The notes under the pieces were generated by a model. It did no database searches and was not told the origin of the DNA. It worked only from the letters and a program-made list of their open reading frames with translations. Below are positions 46,327 through 53,977 of a stretch of 64,000 nucleotides of DNA, piece after piece (position 1 is the stretch's first letter; each line of letters opens with the position of its first letter). The position numbers and the translations under genes were made by a program. This DNA comes from an uncultured archaeon. Lineage in GTDB: Archaea; Iainarchaeota; Iainarchaeia; Iainarchaeales; CSSED10-239. The stretch covers positions 6,634-70,633 of the forward strand of contig CAZPGO010000011.1 of NCBI GenBank assembly GCA_964586355.1, in the 5' to 3' direction.

Positions 46327-46887
46327 ATGATAATATTAATTTGTGGATTTACTGCCTCAGGAAAAAGTTATGCTTCTAGATTTGTAGCAAAAAAACTAAA
46401 TTATAAAATGATTCATACCTCTGATGTGTTAAGACAAATTTTAGAAAATAAAGTAGTAGATATAAGCCATACTCAAATGAACACAGGATGGTATGAAAAA
46501 TCAGAAGTAGATCTAAAAAGAAAGAAAAATACTTCTATAGATAAAAAATTAGATCAATATCTTTTGAAGCTTATTGATAATAAAGACAATTTGGTTTTAG
46601 ATTCTTGGACCTTGCCATATCTTTCTAAAAAAGGTATTAAGATCTGGTTAGATGCAGATCTTGCAGAGAGAGCAAAAAGGGCTGCTTTAAGAGGAGATTT
46701 TTCATATAATGAATCTGTAAGATTAACAAAAAAAAAAGACGATTTTTCAAAAAAACATTTTAAAGAGCTATATGGTTTTACCTTAGGAAAAGATTTAAAT
46801 AAATTTGATCTTGTTTTAGATACAAATAACTTATCAATTCCAGAAGTAGAAAATGCTGTTTTAAATTTTATAAAAAAGAAAAACTAA
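46327..46887 (+). CDS. P-loop nucleotide kinase (archaeal cytidylate kinase-like)
   Basis: ILICGFTASGKS Walker A and a lid-like RAKRAALRGD; about 186 aa. Confidence 0.55.
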   Translation: MIILICGFTASGKSYASRFVAKKLNYKMIHTSDVLRQILENKVVDISHTQMNTGWYEKSEVDLKRKKNTSIDKKLDQYLLKLIDNKDNLVLDSWTLPYLSKKGIKIWLDADLAERAKRAALRGDFSYNESVRLTKKKDDFSKKHFKELYGFTLGKDLNKFDLVLDTNNLSIPEVENAVLNFIKKKN

Positions 46888-47723
46888 TTTTTTCTAAATT
46901 CTATTTTTTTTAAAACCTTATAATCTATTTTAAAATCCCCAATTCTATTTTCAGGAAAAAGAGAGAGCCCATGAAAATCAGAACCCCCTGTTTCAATAAG
47001 ATTTAATTTTTTTCCTATTTCTTTTATCTCATTAACAAATTTTATTTCAGAATCTAAGAATGGCCCAGTACTTTCAAACCCAGATAGCCCTTGTTTTTTT
47101 AATTTATAAAAATAAGGCTCAATATCTTCTTTGATATTTGTGGGTAAATGCCAAGGGTGTGGTAAAACAGCAACACCATCAGAATTAATTATTTCAGATA
47201 TTGCTTTTTTTGTTTTTAATCTTTTTGGATGATATTTTACTTTTATTTTTTTAATAATATTTACAAAAGCATCTTGTAAAGAGAAACAGTATCCTTTTCT
47301 TACTAGTTCACGTGCTATATGTAAACCCATTATTTTTTTATCTGGACCGGTGTGTTTATAGACCTCTTCTAAAGTTATATTGTACCCATTATCCATTAAC
47401 CAATATACTTTTTGAATATTTATATCATTAGACCCAGCACTATTTTCTTCAATGATTTTTTTTAAAGGCTCATATTTTAGATCAATAAAATAACCCAGAA
47501 TTTCAGAACCTATACAATTAATTTCCACACCAGGTATTAGTGTAACCTTGTTTTTTTGAGCAATCTTGTAGATCTCTTTTTCAGAATATGCACTAACACA
47601 ATCATGATCTGTAATAGATAAATAACTAATATTTTGTTTAGCACATTCCTTTATTAAATACTCAGGAGAATGAGCTCCATCTGAGTAATAAGTATGTGTG
47701 TGAAGATCACAGTATTTTGTCAT
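46884..47723 (-). CDS. PHP-domain metal-dependent phosphoesterase
   Basis: CDLHTHTYYSDG, SITDHD, GGSDFHG. Confidence 0.8.
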   Translation of the reverse strand: MTKYCDLHTHTYYSDGAHSPEYLIKECAKQNISYLSITDHDCVSAYSEKEIYKIAQKNKVTLIPGVEINCIGSEILGYFIDLKYEPLKKIIEENSAGSNDINIQKVYWLMDNGYNITLEEVYKHTGPDKKIMGLHIARELVRKGYCFSLQDAFVNIIKKIKVKYHPKRLKTKKAISEIINSDGVAVLPHPWHLPTNIKEDIEPYFYKLKKQGLSGFESTGPFLDSEIKFVNEIKEIGKKLNLIETGGSDFHGLSLFPENRIGDFKIDYKVLKKIEFRKN

Positions 47724-47729
47724 AATAAA

Positions 47730-47939
47730 TCATTGCATAGTTTTTGTAGCTAATTTTATATCTTCACTAGTAACTGTTTTTCTTTTTGCATGTTGTGCAA
47801 GCTCAATTGCTTGTTTAGATATATCCATTGCAACTTCTGATAAAATTTTTCCAAGTTCTTCTGCTGCATCTTCTGAAACTCTTTCTGCTCCTGCTTTTCT
47901 TATAAGTCTGTCTATTGCTGCGATTGGTAAATCTGCCAT
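47730..47939 (-). CDS. archaeal histone (HMf family)
   Basis: LPIAAIDRLIRKAGAERVSEDAAEEL...AKRKTVTSEDIKLA; 69 aa. Confidence 0.9.
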   Translation of the reverse strand: MADLPIAAIDRLIRKAGAERVSEDAAEELGKILSEVAMDISKQAIELAQHAKRKTVTSEDIKLATKTMQ

Positions 47940-48075
47940 ATTTTTCCCTCCATTTATAAAAAGAAGTTATTTTTATTCTTTTATTTATGTATTATTAGTT
48001 GTTAATATATAAAAACCTAATCGTTGGTTATGTTTTTAATAGTTACATATATATATTTATATAGAGTGAAGAAAT

Positions 48076-48969
48076 ATGACCTTAGCTGATAGTATATTAT
48101 TACAAATAAGTCAAAAGAGAACATCCTTTAATGATCTTCTAACAAGAATTATGCCTAATTATTCAAGCACAGCATCAGCAAGAGCAGCACTTTCTAGAGC
48201 AATTAAAAATTTAGTGGCTTTTGAAAACATTATAAAAAAAGAAGATTTTTATGAAATTACTGATAAAGGGAAAAAAATAGTAGAATCTAAACTAAAAAAT
48301 AAAATGTTAATAATAATTAATGATCTTTTAAAGAAATCCAAAGCAACCACAAATCTAGTACATTTAGACGATATTATAAAAAATATACAAATTTTTTTAG
48401 AAAGATCAAAAGAAGATCCTACCTTACTAATGGCTGGTAAAAGTAGTGCGACTTTTTATATTTCAGATCTTGCTGAACTAAAAGAAAGTATTGAAAAAAG
48501 AATATCTAATCTTAATAGATTAGGACAAGCACTTGATAAACAGATCTTATTTTTAAAAGAACTTAATTTTGAGGACATGGTTATTTCTAATTTAGATAGT
48601 GCAGCCTTTGAAATAATTGCAAAATTAATTAATCTGTATTCTGTTACTGAAATAATAATTGATTGTGATAAAGATGATATCAATTCAGGACTACTATTTG
48701 AAAATCATTATGAATTTATAAGAAAGCCAGATAATGTTTTTATTCTTAAATCAGAAGATCTAAATGCTTTAAAAAAACTAGTATTAACTAATTTAGAATC
48801 TATTATGCAAACAAGATTTAAGATTTATATAAAAGAAGCAATAATTTATTTAAAGTTAGGAAAATTATATTATACAGCACCTTATGAAATCATAAACCAA
48901 ATTAGAGAAGCATTTCCAAGTTTAAATAAAACAGAAAATATTAGTATAACAAAAAGAGAATTATTATGA
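48076..48969 (+). CDS. hypothetical protein, possible N-terminal winged helix
   Basis: 297 aa, no confident family. The N-terminal 75 aa are wHTH-like. Confidence 0.3.
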   Translation: MTLADSILLQISQKRTSFNDLLTRIMPNYSSTASARAALSRAIKNLVAFENIIKKEDFYEITDKGKKIVESKLKNKMLIIINDLLKKSKATTNLVHLDDIIKNIQIFLERSKEDPTLLMAGKSSATFYISDLAELKESIEKRISNLNRLGQALDKQILFLKELNFEDMVISNLDSAAFEIIAKLINLYSVTEIIIDCDKDDINSGLLFENHYEFIRKPDNVFILKSEDLNALKKLVLTNLESIMQTRFKIYIKEAIIYLKLGKLYYTAPYEIINQIREAFPSLNKTENISITKRELL

Positions 48970-49622
48970 AAATAAAATATTTTGGTCATTCCTGTTTTTA
49001 TATAGAAGATGGTGTAAAAATCTTAATAGATCCTTTTATTCCAGAATCTCAAAAAATGGTTTGTCCTATAGATGTTGTACCAGATCTTATTTTAGTAAGT
49101 CATGATCATCAAGACCATATTGGAGAGAGTATAGATATTGCAAAAACAAATGGTTCAAAAGTTGTTGCAATTGCTGAACTTGCTTTAGAAATTTCTAAAT
49201 ATAAAATTTCTGTAATCTCTGGAAATATTGGTGGAACTGTTGAATATCCTGGAGTTAAAATAACTTTTGTAAAAGCAGATCATTCTTGTAACTTAGGTGT
49301 TGCTGTTGGTTTTATAATTAATATTAATGAAAAAATAATTTATTTTGCAGGAGATACTGGTGTTTTTTTAGATATGAAAATAATAAGAGAGCTATATCAT
49401 CCAGAGATTGTCATTTTACCAATTGGTGGTGTTTATACAATGGATCCAATTCAAGCAATTTATGCTTTAAAATTATTAGAACCAAAAATAGTTATTCCTA
49501 TGCATTACAGCACCTTTGAGAACTTAACTGGAAAACCAGAAGATCTAGAGAGGTTAATAAATAAAGAGGATTTAAAAACCAGGCAAATTACACTAAATCT
49601 TGGACAGGTGATTGAATTTTAA
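48966..49622 (+). CDS. UPF0173-type metallo-beta-lactamase-fold hydrolase
   Basis: MKIKYFGHSCFYIE, SHDHQDH, and a GD...PIGG pattern. Confidence 0.8.
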   Translation: MKIKYFGHSCFYIEDGVKILIDPFIPESQKMVCPIDVVPDLILVSHDHQDHIGESIDIAKTNGSKVVAIAELALEISKYKISVISGNIGGTVEYPGVKITFVKADHSCNLGVAVGFIININEKIIYFAGDTGVFLDMKIIRELYHPEIVILPIGGVYTMDPIQAIYALKLLEPKIVIPMHYSTFENLTGKPEDLERLINKEDLKTRQITLNLGQVIEF

Positions 49623-49626
49623 GTTT

Positions 49627-49698
49627 GCAACTATAGTCTAGTGGTTAGGATGTAAGCTTCCCAAGCTTGAGACTCGGGTTCGAATCCCGGTAGTTGCA
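49627..49698 (+). tRNA. tRNA-Gly (CCC)
   Basis: Acceptor gcaacta/tagttgc, anticodon stem taagc/gcttg, loop tTCCCaa, T-loop ttcgaat. Confidence 0.9.
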
Positions 49699-49824
49699 TA
49701 TCCATTTTTTTCTTTTGAATAAGAAAAACATTGATTAAAAAGAAAACAATTAAATATTATTTTTAAATATTAAAAAATATCTTAATTAATAAATGATTTT
49801 TATGAAATTACTAAAAAAATTTAA

Positions 49825-49830
49825 AAGGAG
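49825..49830 (+). promoter_or_regulatory. Shine-Dalgarno-like AAGGAG, 6 nt upstream of ATG 49837
   Basis: Supports ATG 49837, not TTG 49882, as the intended start of the DUF4349 gene. Confidence 0.5.
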
Positions 49831-49881
49831 AAAAACATGAGTTTAAAAAAACAATTTGAAAAAATAAAAGAGAATTAGTTA

Positions 49882-50730
49882 TTGATCTTGGCTATTGTTT
49901 TTATTTTTGGAGTAATGATTTACTTACCAAGTTCTGGACCAGTAAACTTTACTTCACAAAACAGAGTAGCTATGGATTATGCTTCTGAATCCTCTTTAGC
50001 ATATGGTGGATCTTATGACAGTTATAAAAACTATTCACAGAATTTTGCACCAGAAGTTGAAAATAGAAAAATAGTTAAAACTTCTAATCTTAGTCTAGAA
50101 ACAAAGGTTGGTAAATTTTATGAAGTGGATTCTAAAATAAGAGAGGTTGTAACTTCCTCTGATTCTTTTATATTAAATGAAAACATTTATTCTAACAAGG
50201 TTAATTCTAGGGATGTATTTTCAGGAAATTATGCTATAAAAGTAGATACAGATAAACTTGATAGTGTTATAAATCAGTTAAAAGACTTAGGAAAAGTAAC
50301 TCTTTTTAGAGAAGGTGCTGATGATGTGACTGGTCAGTACACAAATGTAAATATAGAGTTAGAAGTAGAAAAAGAAAGGCTTTTAAGATATCAAGAAATG
50401 TATGCTGAAGCTGAAATGATAAACGATAAAATTGAATTAAATGATAGAATATTTAATCAAGAAAGGACCATTAAATATCTTGAAGATTCAATAAGAAATA
50501 TTGATCAAAGAGTGGATTATTCTACCATTAATTTAACAGTTAATGAGAAATCAGATTATCTAGGAATAGCTTTTGTTAAGTTATCTGATCTTGTAAGATC
50601 TTTTATAAATAGTCTTAATTCATTAATAAAATTAGTTGTTTTGATCTTACCTTGGGCAATAATTGTTGGTTTTTTCTATGCAATTAATAAGATCTTTAAA
50701 AAAGATTCAAAAAAATTAAGGAAAAAATAA
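49882..50730 (+). CDS. DUF4349-domain membrane protein (longest uninterrupted part)
   Basis: N-terminal TM helix, central coiled region with DDVTGQYTNVNIELEVEKERL, C-terminal TM helix. The probable true start, ATG 49837, is separated from this part by an in-frame TAG. Confidence 0.6.
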   Translation: MILAIVFIFGVMIYLPSSGPVNFTSQNRVAMDYASESSLAYGGSYDSYKNYSQNFAPEVENRKIVKTSNLSLETKVGKFYEVDSKIREVVTSSDSFILNENIYSNKVNSRDVFSGNYAIKVDTDKLDSVINQLKDLGKVTLFREGADDVTGQYTNVNIELEVEKERLLRYQEMYAEAEMINDKIELNDRIFNQERTIKYLEDSIRNIDQRVDYSTINLTVNEKSDYLGIAFVKLSDLVRSFINSLNSLIKLVVLILPWAIIVGFFYAINKIFKKDSKKLRKK

Positions 50731-50765
50731 TTTTTTCCTTTCTTTTTTTATATGAGGTGATGTTT

Positions 50766-51125
50766 ATGGATATTTCAAAAAAGCAAATGTGTGTTTTTAA
50801 ATGGGTTGTTAAACTTTTTAGTATTTTTGTATTATTACTTAGTTTGTTTTTTTACTTTTTTTTTGATAATCCATTTATTTTTAGTTTTAAAGATATTCCT
50901 AAAGACATGCTTTTATTTGCTGTTTTTTGGATAATTGGGGCACCAATTATGTTTATAGGTCAAATAGTTGGTTTAAAATGGGAAAAGGTTGGTGGGTTTT
51001 TGATTGTTATTCCAATATCTGTTTATATGGTGGTCTCATTTGTAACTAAACAACCATTTGTCTCTCTTTTATTTTTCCCACTAATCATTGGTATGTGTTA
51101 TCTTTATTTTGGGTACGAAAAATAA
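50766..51125 (+). CDS. small polytopic membrane protein, hypothetical
   Basis: ATG 50766 lies 5 nt after GAGGTGAT; 4 predicted TM helices. Confidence 0.4.
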   Translation: MDISKKQMCVFKWVVKLFSIFVLLLSLFFYFFFDNPFIFSFKDIPKDMLLFAVFWIIGAPIMFIGQIVGLKWEKVGGFLIVIPISVYMVVSFVTKQPFVSLLFFPLIIGMCYLYFGYEK

Positions 51126-51210
51126 TTTTTTCTCTATTTTAAGAAAAAACATAGTTTTATATAGAGCTTGTGACTAATTATTTTTATTAATTTACACTTA
51201 ATTTTTAAAA

Positions 51211-51996
51211 ATGGGGGCAAACAAAATGGCAAAAGAAAATAAAAATAAGCTAATTATCTGGGCATCAGTTGCTTTAGTGATTGGTATTATAATAGGATTA
51301 TTAATCCCAAATTTAACAACAATGGGACAAGCAAAATCTGCTTTAGGACTAGATCCTGAAAATAATAAAATTGATTTTGAAGAAGCGGGAAGAGATTTAG
51401 TATTAAATTCCTTAAAAGTAAATACAATCTATAATAGACAAAATCCAACAGACGGCTCTAATATTGACATGAAAAGTAATGAAATCAATCTAATTTCAAA
51501 TGAATTAAAAATATTTAGACCAAATTTTACAGATACAACACAACCAACAGTTTGGATTGCTGAAGAAGATTCACAACCAAAGATAGGTGTATCTGCACCA
51601 GTTGTTTTTACTAAGAATATAGAATTATCAGGAAATGATAATCTATTAATTGCATCAGAAATTGTTTCAAATACAGAATTAGTTTTAGATGCACCACAAG
51701 TAGATATTTCTGGAGACGAAAAAATACAATTGAATACTGCTGGTTCCATAATAAATATGTATGATTCTATAAATGGACCAATTATGAGTTTAGGATCTCA
51801 TTGGTTAAATTTAACTGGAAATCATATTGGGATAGGTAATAATCAATCCACAGCAATTAGTATAAATCCTTCTGGAGATATACAACTTCAAAACTTATCT
51901 AGTGGGCATTATTTGGATTACAATGGACTAGAAACAGCATATGCTTGTTTAACTGCAGACGGAACATTATTTAGAAGTTTAACGCCATGTAATTAA
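51211..51996 (+). CDS. membrane-anchored extracellular protein, hypothetical
   Basis: N-terminal TM helix (LIIWASVALVIGIIIGLLI) followed by a Ser/Asn/Thr-rich, beta-like ectodomain. Confidence 0.35.
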   Translation: MGANKMAKENKNKLIIWASVALVIGIIIGLLIPNLTTMGQAKSALGLDPENNKIDFEEAGRDLVLNSLKVNTIYNRQNPTDGSNIDMKSNEINLISNELKIFRPNFTDTTQPTVWIAEEDSQPKIGVSAPVVFTKNIELSGNDNLLIASEIVSNTELVLDAPQVDISGDEKIQLNTAGSIINMYDSINGPIMSLGSHWLNLTGNHIGIGNNQSTAISINPSGDIQLQNLSSGHYLDYNGLETAYACLTADGTLFRSLTPCN

Positions 51997-52043
51997 AATA
52001 ATTTTTTTTTCTTTTTTTATATTTTACTATTTATAAGATATTT

Positions 52044-52466
52044 ATGATTAAGATATATTTTGCAGGATCTATTACTGGTGGTAGAAATGATCAAGAACTT
52101 TATGTGGAATTGATCAATTATTTAAAAAACAAAGGAAAAGTTTTAACAGAACATATTGCAGATCCACAATTAAAAGATACTGGAGAAATTGGCAAATTAT
52201 CTGCTAAAGAGATCTTTGATAGAGATGTTAATTGGATTAAAGAAGCTGATGTTATTTTAGCAGAAGTTACTCAGGTTTCTTTAGGTGTTGGTTATGAACT
52301 TGGATTATCTGAATCACTAGATAAAAGAATAATTTGTTTATATAGACCAAAAGAAGGGAAAAGGTTGTTTGCCATGATTAGTGGAAATGAAAAGTTTCTT
52401 GTAAAAGAGTATCAAACCATTGATGAGGCAAAAATAATTATTGATGATTTTTTTAAGGGTCTTTAA
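52044..52466 (+). CDS. 2'-deoxynucleoside 5'-phosphate N-hydrolase / nucleoside deoxyribosyltransferase-like (DNPH1/Rcl family)
   Basis: IYFAGSITGGRNDQELYVELINYLKNKGKVLTEH and GVGYELG match the DNPH1 pattern. Confidence 0.7.
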   Translation: MIKIYFAGSITGGRNDQELYVELINYLKNKGKVLTEHIADPQLKDTGEIGKLSAKEIFDRDVNWIKEADVILAEVTQVSLGVGYELGLSESLDKRIICLYRPKEGKRLFAMISGNEKFLVKEYQTIDEAKIIIDDFFKGL

Positions 52467-52522
52467 TTTTTTCTTTTATCTATTTACTTTATATATATTT
52501 TTAATTATATATTATATATATT

Positions 52523-52605
52523 GCAGAGGTGGCGGAGTGGTCAAACGCACCAGGCTTGAGACCTGGAGTCTTGCGACTACGCGAGTTCGAATCTCGTCCT
52601 CTGCG
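52523..52605 (+). tRNA. tRNA-Ser (TGA)
   Basis: Acceptor gcagagg/cctctgc, anticodon stem ccagg/cctgg, loop cTTGAga, 14-nt variable arm. Confidence 0.9.
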
Positions 52606-52748
52606 TAACCGGTTTTGCTTGGTTAACGCGCAATGGTTTTAGTAAGCTAGCACCCAATAATTTGTGTGTAGTAAACTTTTTTTAAAAGGTTTACTTTTAA
52701 ATATCTTAAAAATTTGTTTTTGTAAGATAATTTTTAATGTGAATAACT

Positions 52749-53087
52749 ATGTCAGAAGAAAAGTCCACAATAATATATGATGATTTTGATAAATTAAATA
52801 TTAGAATAGGTACTGTTATTGAATGTGAAAAAGTAGAGAAAAGTGAAAAATTATTAAAATTAATAGTAGATTTTGGAGAATTTAAAAGACAAATAATTGC
52901 AGGAATTTCAACAAAATATACCCCCGAAGATCTACTTAATAAACAATTACCAATCATAGTAAACTTAGCTCCAAGGAAATTATTAGGTTTAGAAAGTCAA
53001 GGAATGATTCTTGCTATTGGGGATGATGATGTTGAAGCTTTATTAACTCCAACCGAAAAAGTAAATAATGGTGCGGGAGTTCATTAA
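52749..53087 (+). CDS. tRNA-binding domain protein (Trbp111/CsaA/MetRS-C-terminal-like)
   Basis: KLNIRIGTVIECEKVEKSEKLLKLIVDFGE...IVNLAPRKLLGLESQGMIL. Confidence 0.8.
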   Translation: MSEEKSTIIYDDFDKLNIRIGTVIECEKVEKSEKLLKLIVDFGEFKRQIIAGISTKYTPEDLLNKQLPIIVNLAPRKLLGLESQGMILAIGDDDVEALLTPTEKVNNGAGVH

Positions 53088-53137
53088 TATTGTTTTATAT
53101 TATTTTGTGCTCATAAAATATATACCTTTTTTTTTCT

Positions 53138-53220
53138 GCAGAGGTGGCGGAGTGGTCAAACGCACTAGCCTGGAAAGCTAGAGTCGAACGACTACGCGAG
53201 TTCGAATCTCGTCCTCTGCG
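53138..53220 (+). tRNA. tRNA-Ser (GGA)
   Basis: Same acceptor, D and T arms as the tRNA at 52523. Anticodon stem ctagc/gctag, loop cTGGAaa. Confidence 0.9.
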
Positions 53221-53370
53221 TTTTTTTAATCCTTTTTAACTAAATATTTAATTAAAACTATTTTTTAAAATACTTATAGATTATGCACCATAGATTCACA
53301 CCTTCTTTTTTTGATAGAATCTACTTTCTTTATAAAAACTATTGTTTTTAATACTAAATGTGATCTCTAA

Positions 53371-53538
53371 ATGATTAAAAAAAACTATTTAATAATATTT
53401 ACTATTATTATGGGATTAGTGATCTTATTTGTTTTCCCTAGCCCACAAGAGAATTTTATTTATTATATATTAACTATGTTTTTTTTTATTTTATTAATTA
53501 TTTTTTTTTGTAAATACAAACCAAAAACAAAAAATTGA
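53371..53538 (+). CDS. possible 55-aa two-TM membrane peptide
   Basis: Hand translation: MIKKNYLIIFTIIMGLVILFVFPSPQENFIYYILTMFFFILLIIFFCKYKPKTKN. Below the ORF-track cutoff, and could be chance in AT-rich DNA. Confidence 0.25.
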   Translation: MIKKNYLIIFTIIMGLVILFVFPSPQENFIYYILTMFFFILLIIFFCKYKPKTKN

Positions 53539-53647
53539 TTTTTCTGTTGTTTTTTCAAGAAAGTGGTTTTTCAAGTAATATTTTATATTTATATATTTAT
53601 CGCAACCTATATTCAATATATATTAGCTTTATTTTTGGAGAAATATT

Positions 53648-53875
53648 ATGGAACGAGAAAAACTAGATGATAATAAGTACCTAATTGGAAATATGATTTC
53701 TATAGGTTATGATGAAGAAAAAAAAATATTAGAAATAGAATATGTTCATGGTTTTTTATATCAATATCATAATGTGCCAAAAGAAATATATGATAAATTA
53801 ATGGCAGAAGAAAGCAAGATAACTTTTGTTCAAGAAAGAATTGCTAAAATGTTTAGAGCACAAAGAATAAAATAA
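53648..53875 (+). CDS. KTSC-domain protein
   Basis: IGYDEEKKILEIEYVHGFLYQYHNVPKEIYDKLMAEES matches the KTSC domain pattern. Confidence 0.65.
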   Translation: MEREKLDDNKYLIGNMISIGYDEEKKILEIEYVHGFLYQYHNVPKEIYDKLMAEESKITFVQERIAKMFRAQRIK

Positions 53876-53977
53876 ATTTTAGATCTTTTTTCTTTCTTAA
53901 AAAAAATACCTTTTTTTACTTTTTCATAATCTTTAAAAACCCTAATATCTTTATATTTGTTAATATTACTTTATTTA

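Noticed and set aside
28171-49878. Alternative genetic code (TAA or TAG reassigned) as the explanation for the in-frame stops.
   Set aside because: TAA, TAG and TGA each terminate well-conserved genes at the expected lengths in this window (for example TAG for tmk and mcm, TAA for aIF1A and RIO, TGA for the KH protein). No suppressor tRNA was seen.
52602-52632. Hairpin gcgtaacc-ggttttgctt-ggttaacgc directly after tRNA-Ser(TGA), considered as an ncRNA or intron remnant.
   Set aside because: It is a short imperfect stem with a bulge that shares its first bases with the tRNA 3' end. It is more simply a 3' trailer or terminator-like structure, and there is no evidence for a separate gene.
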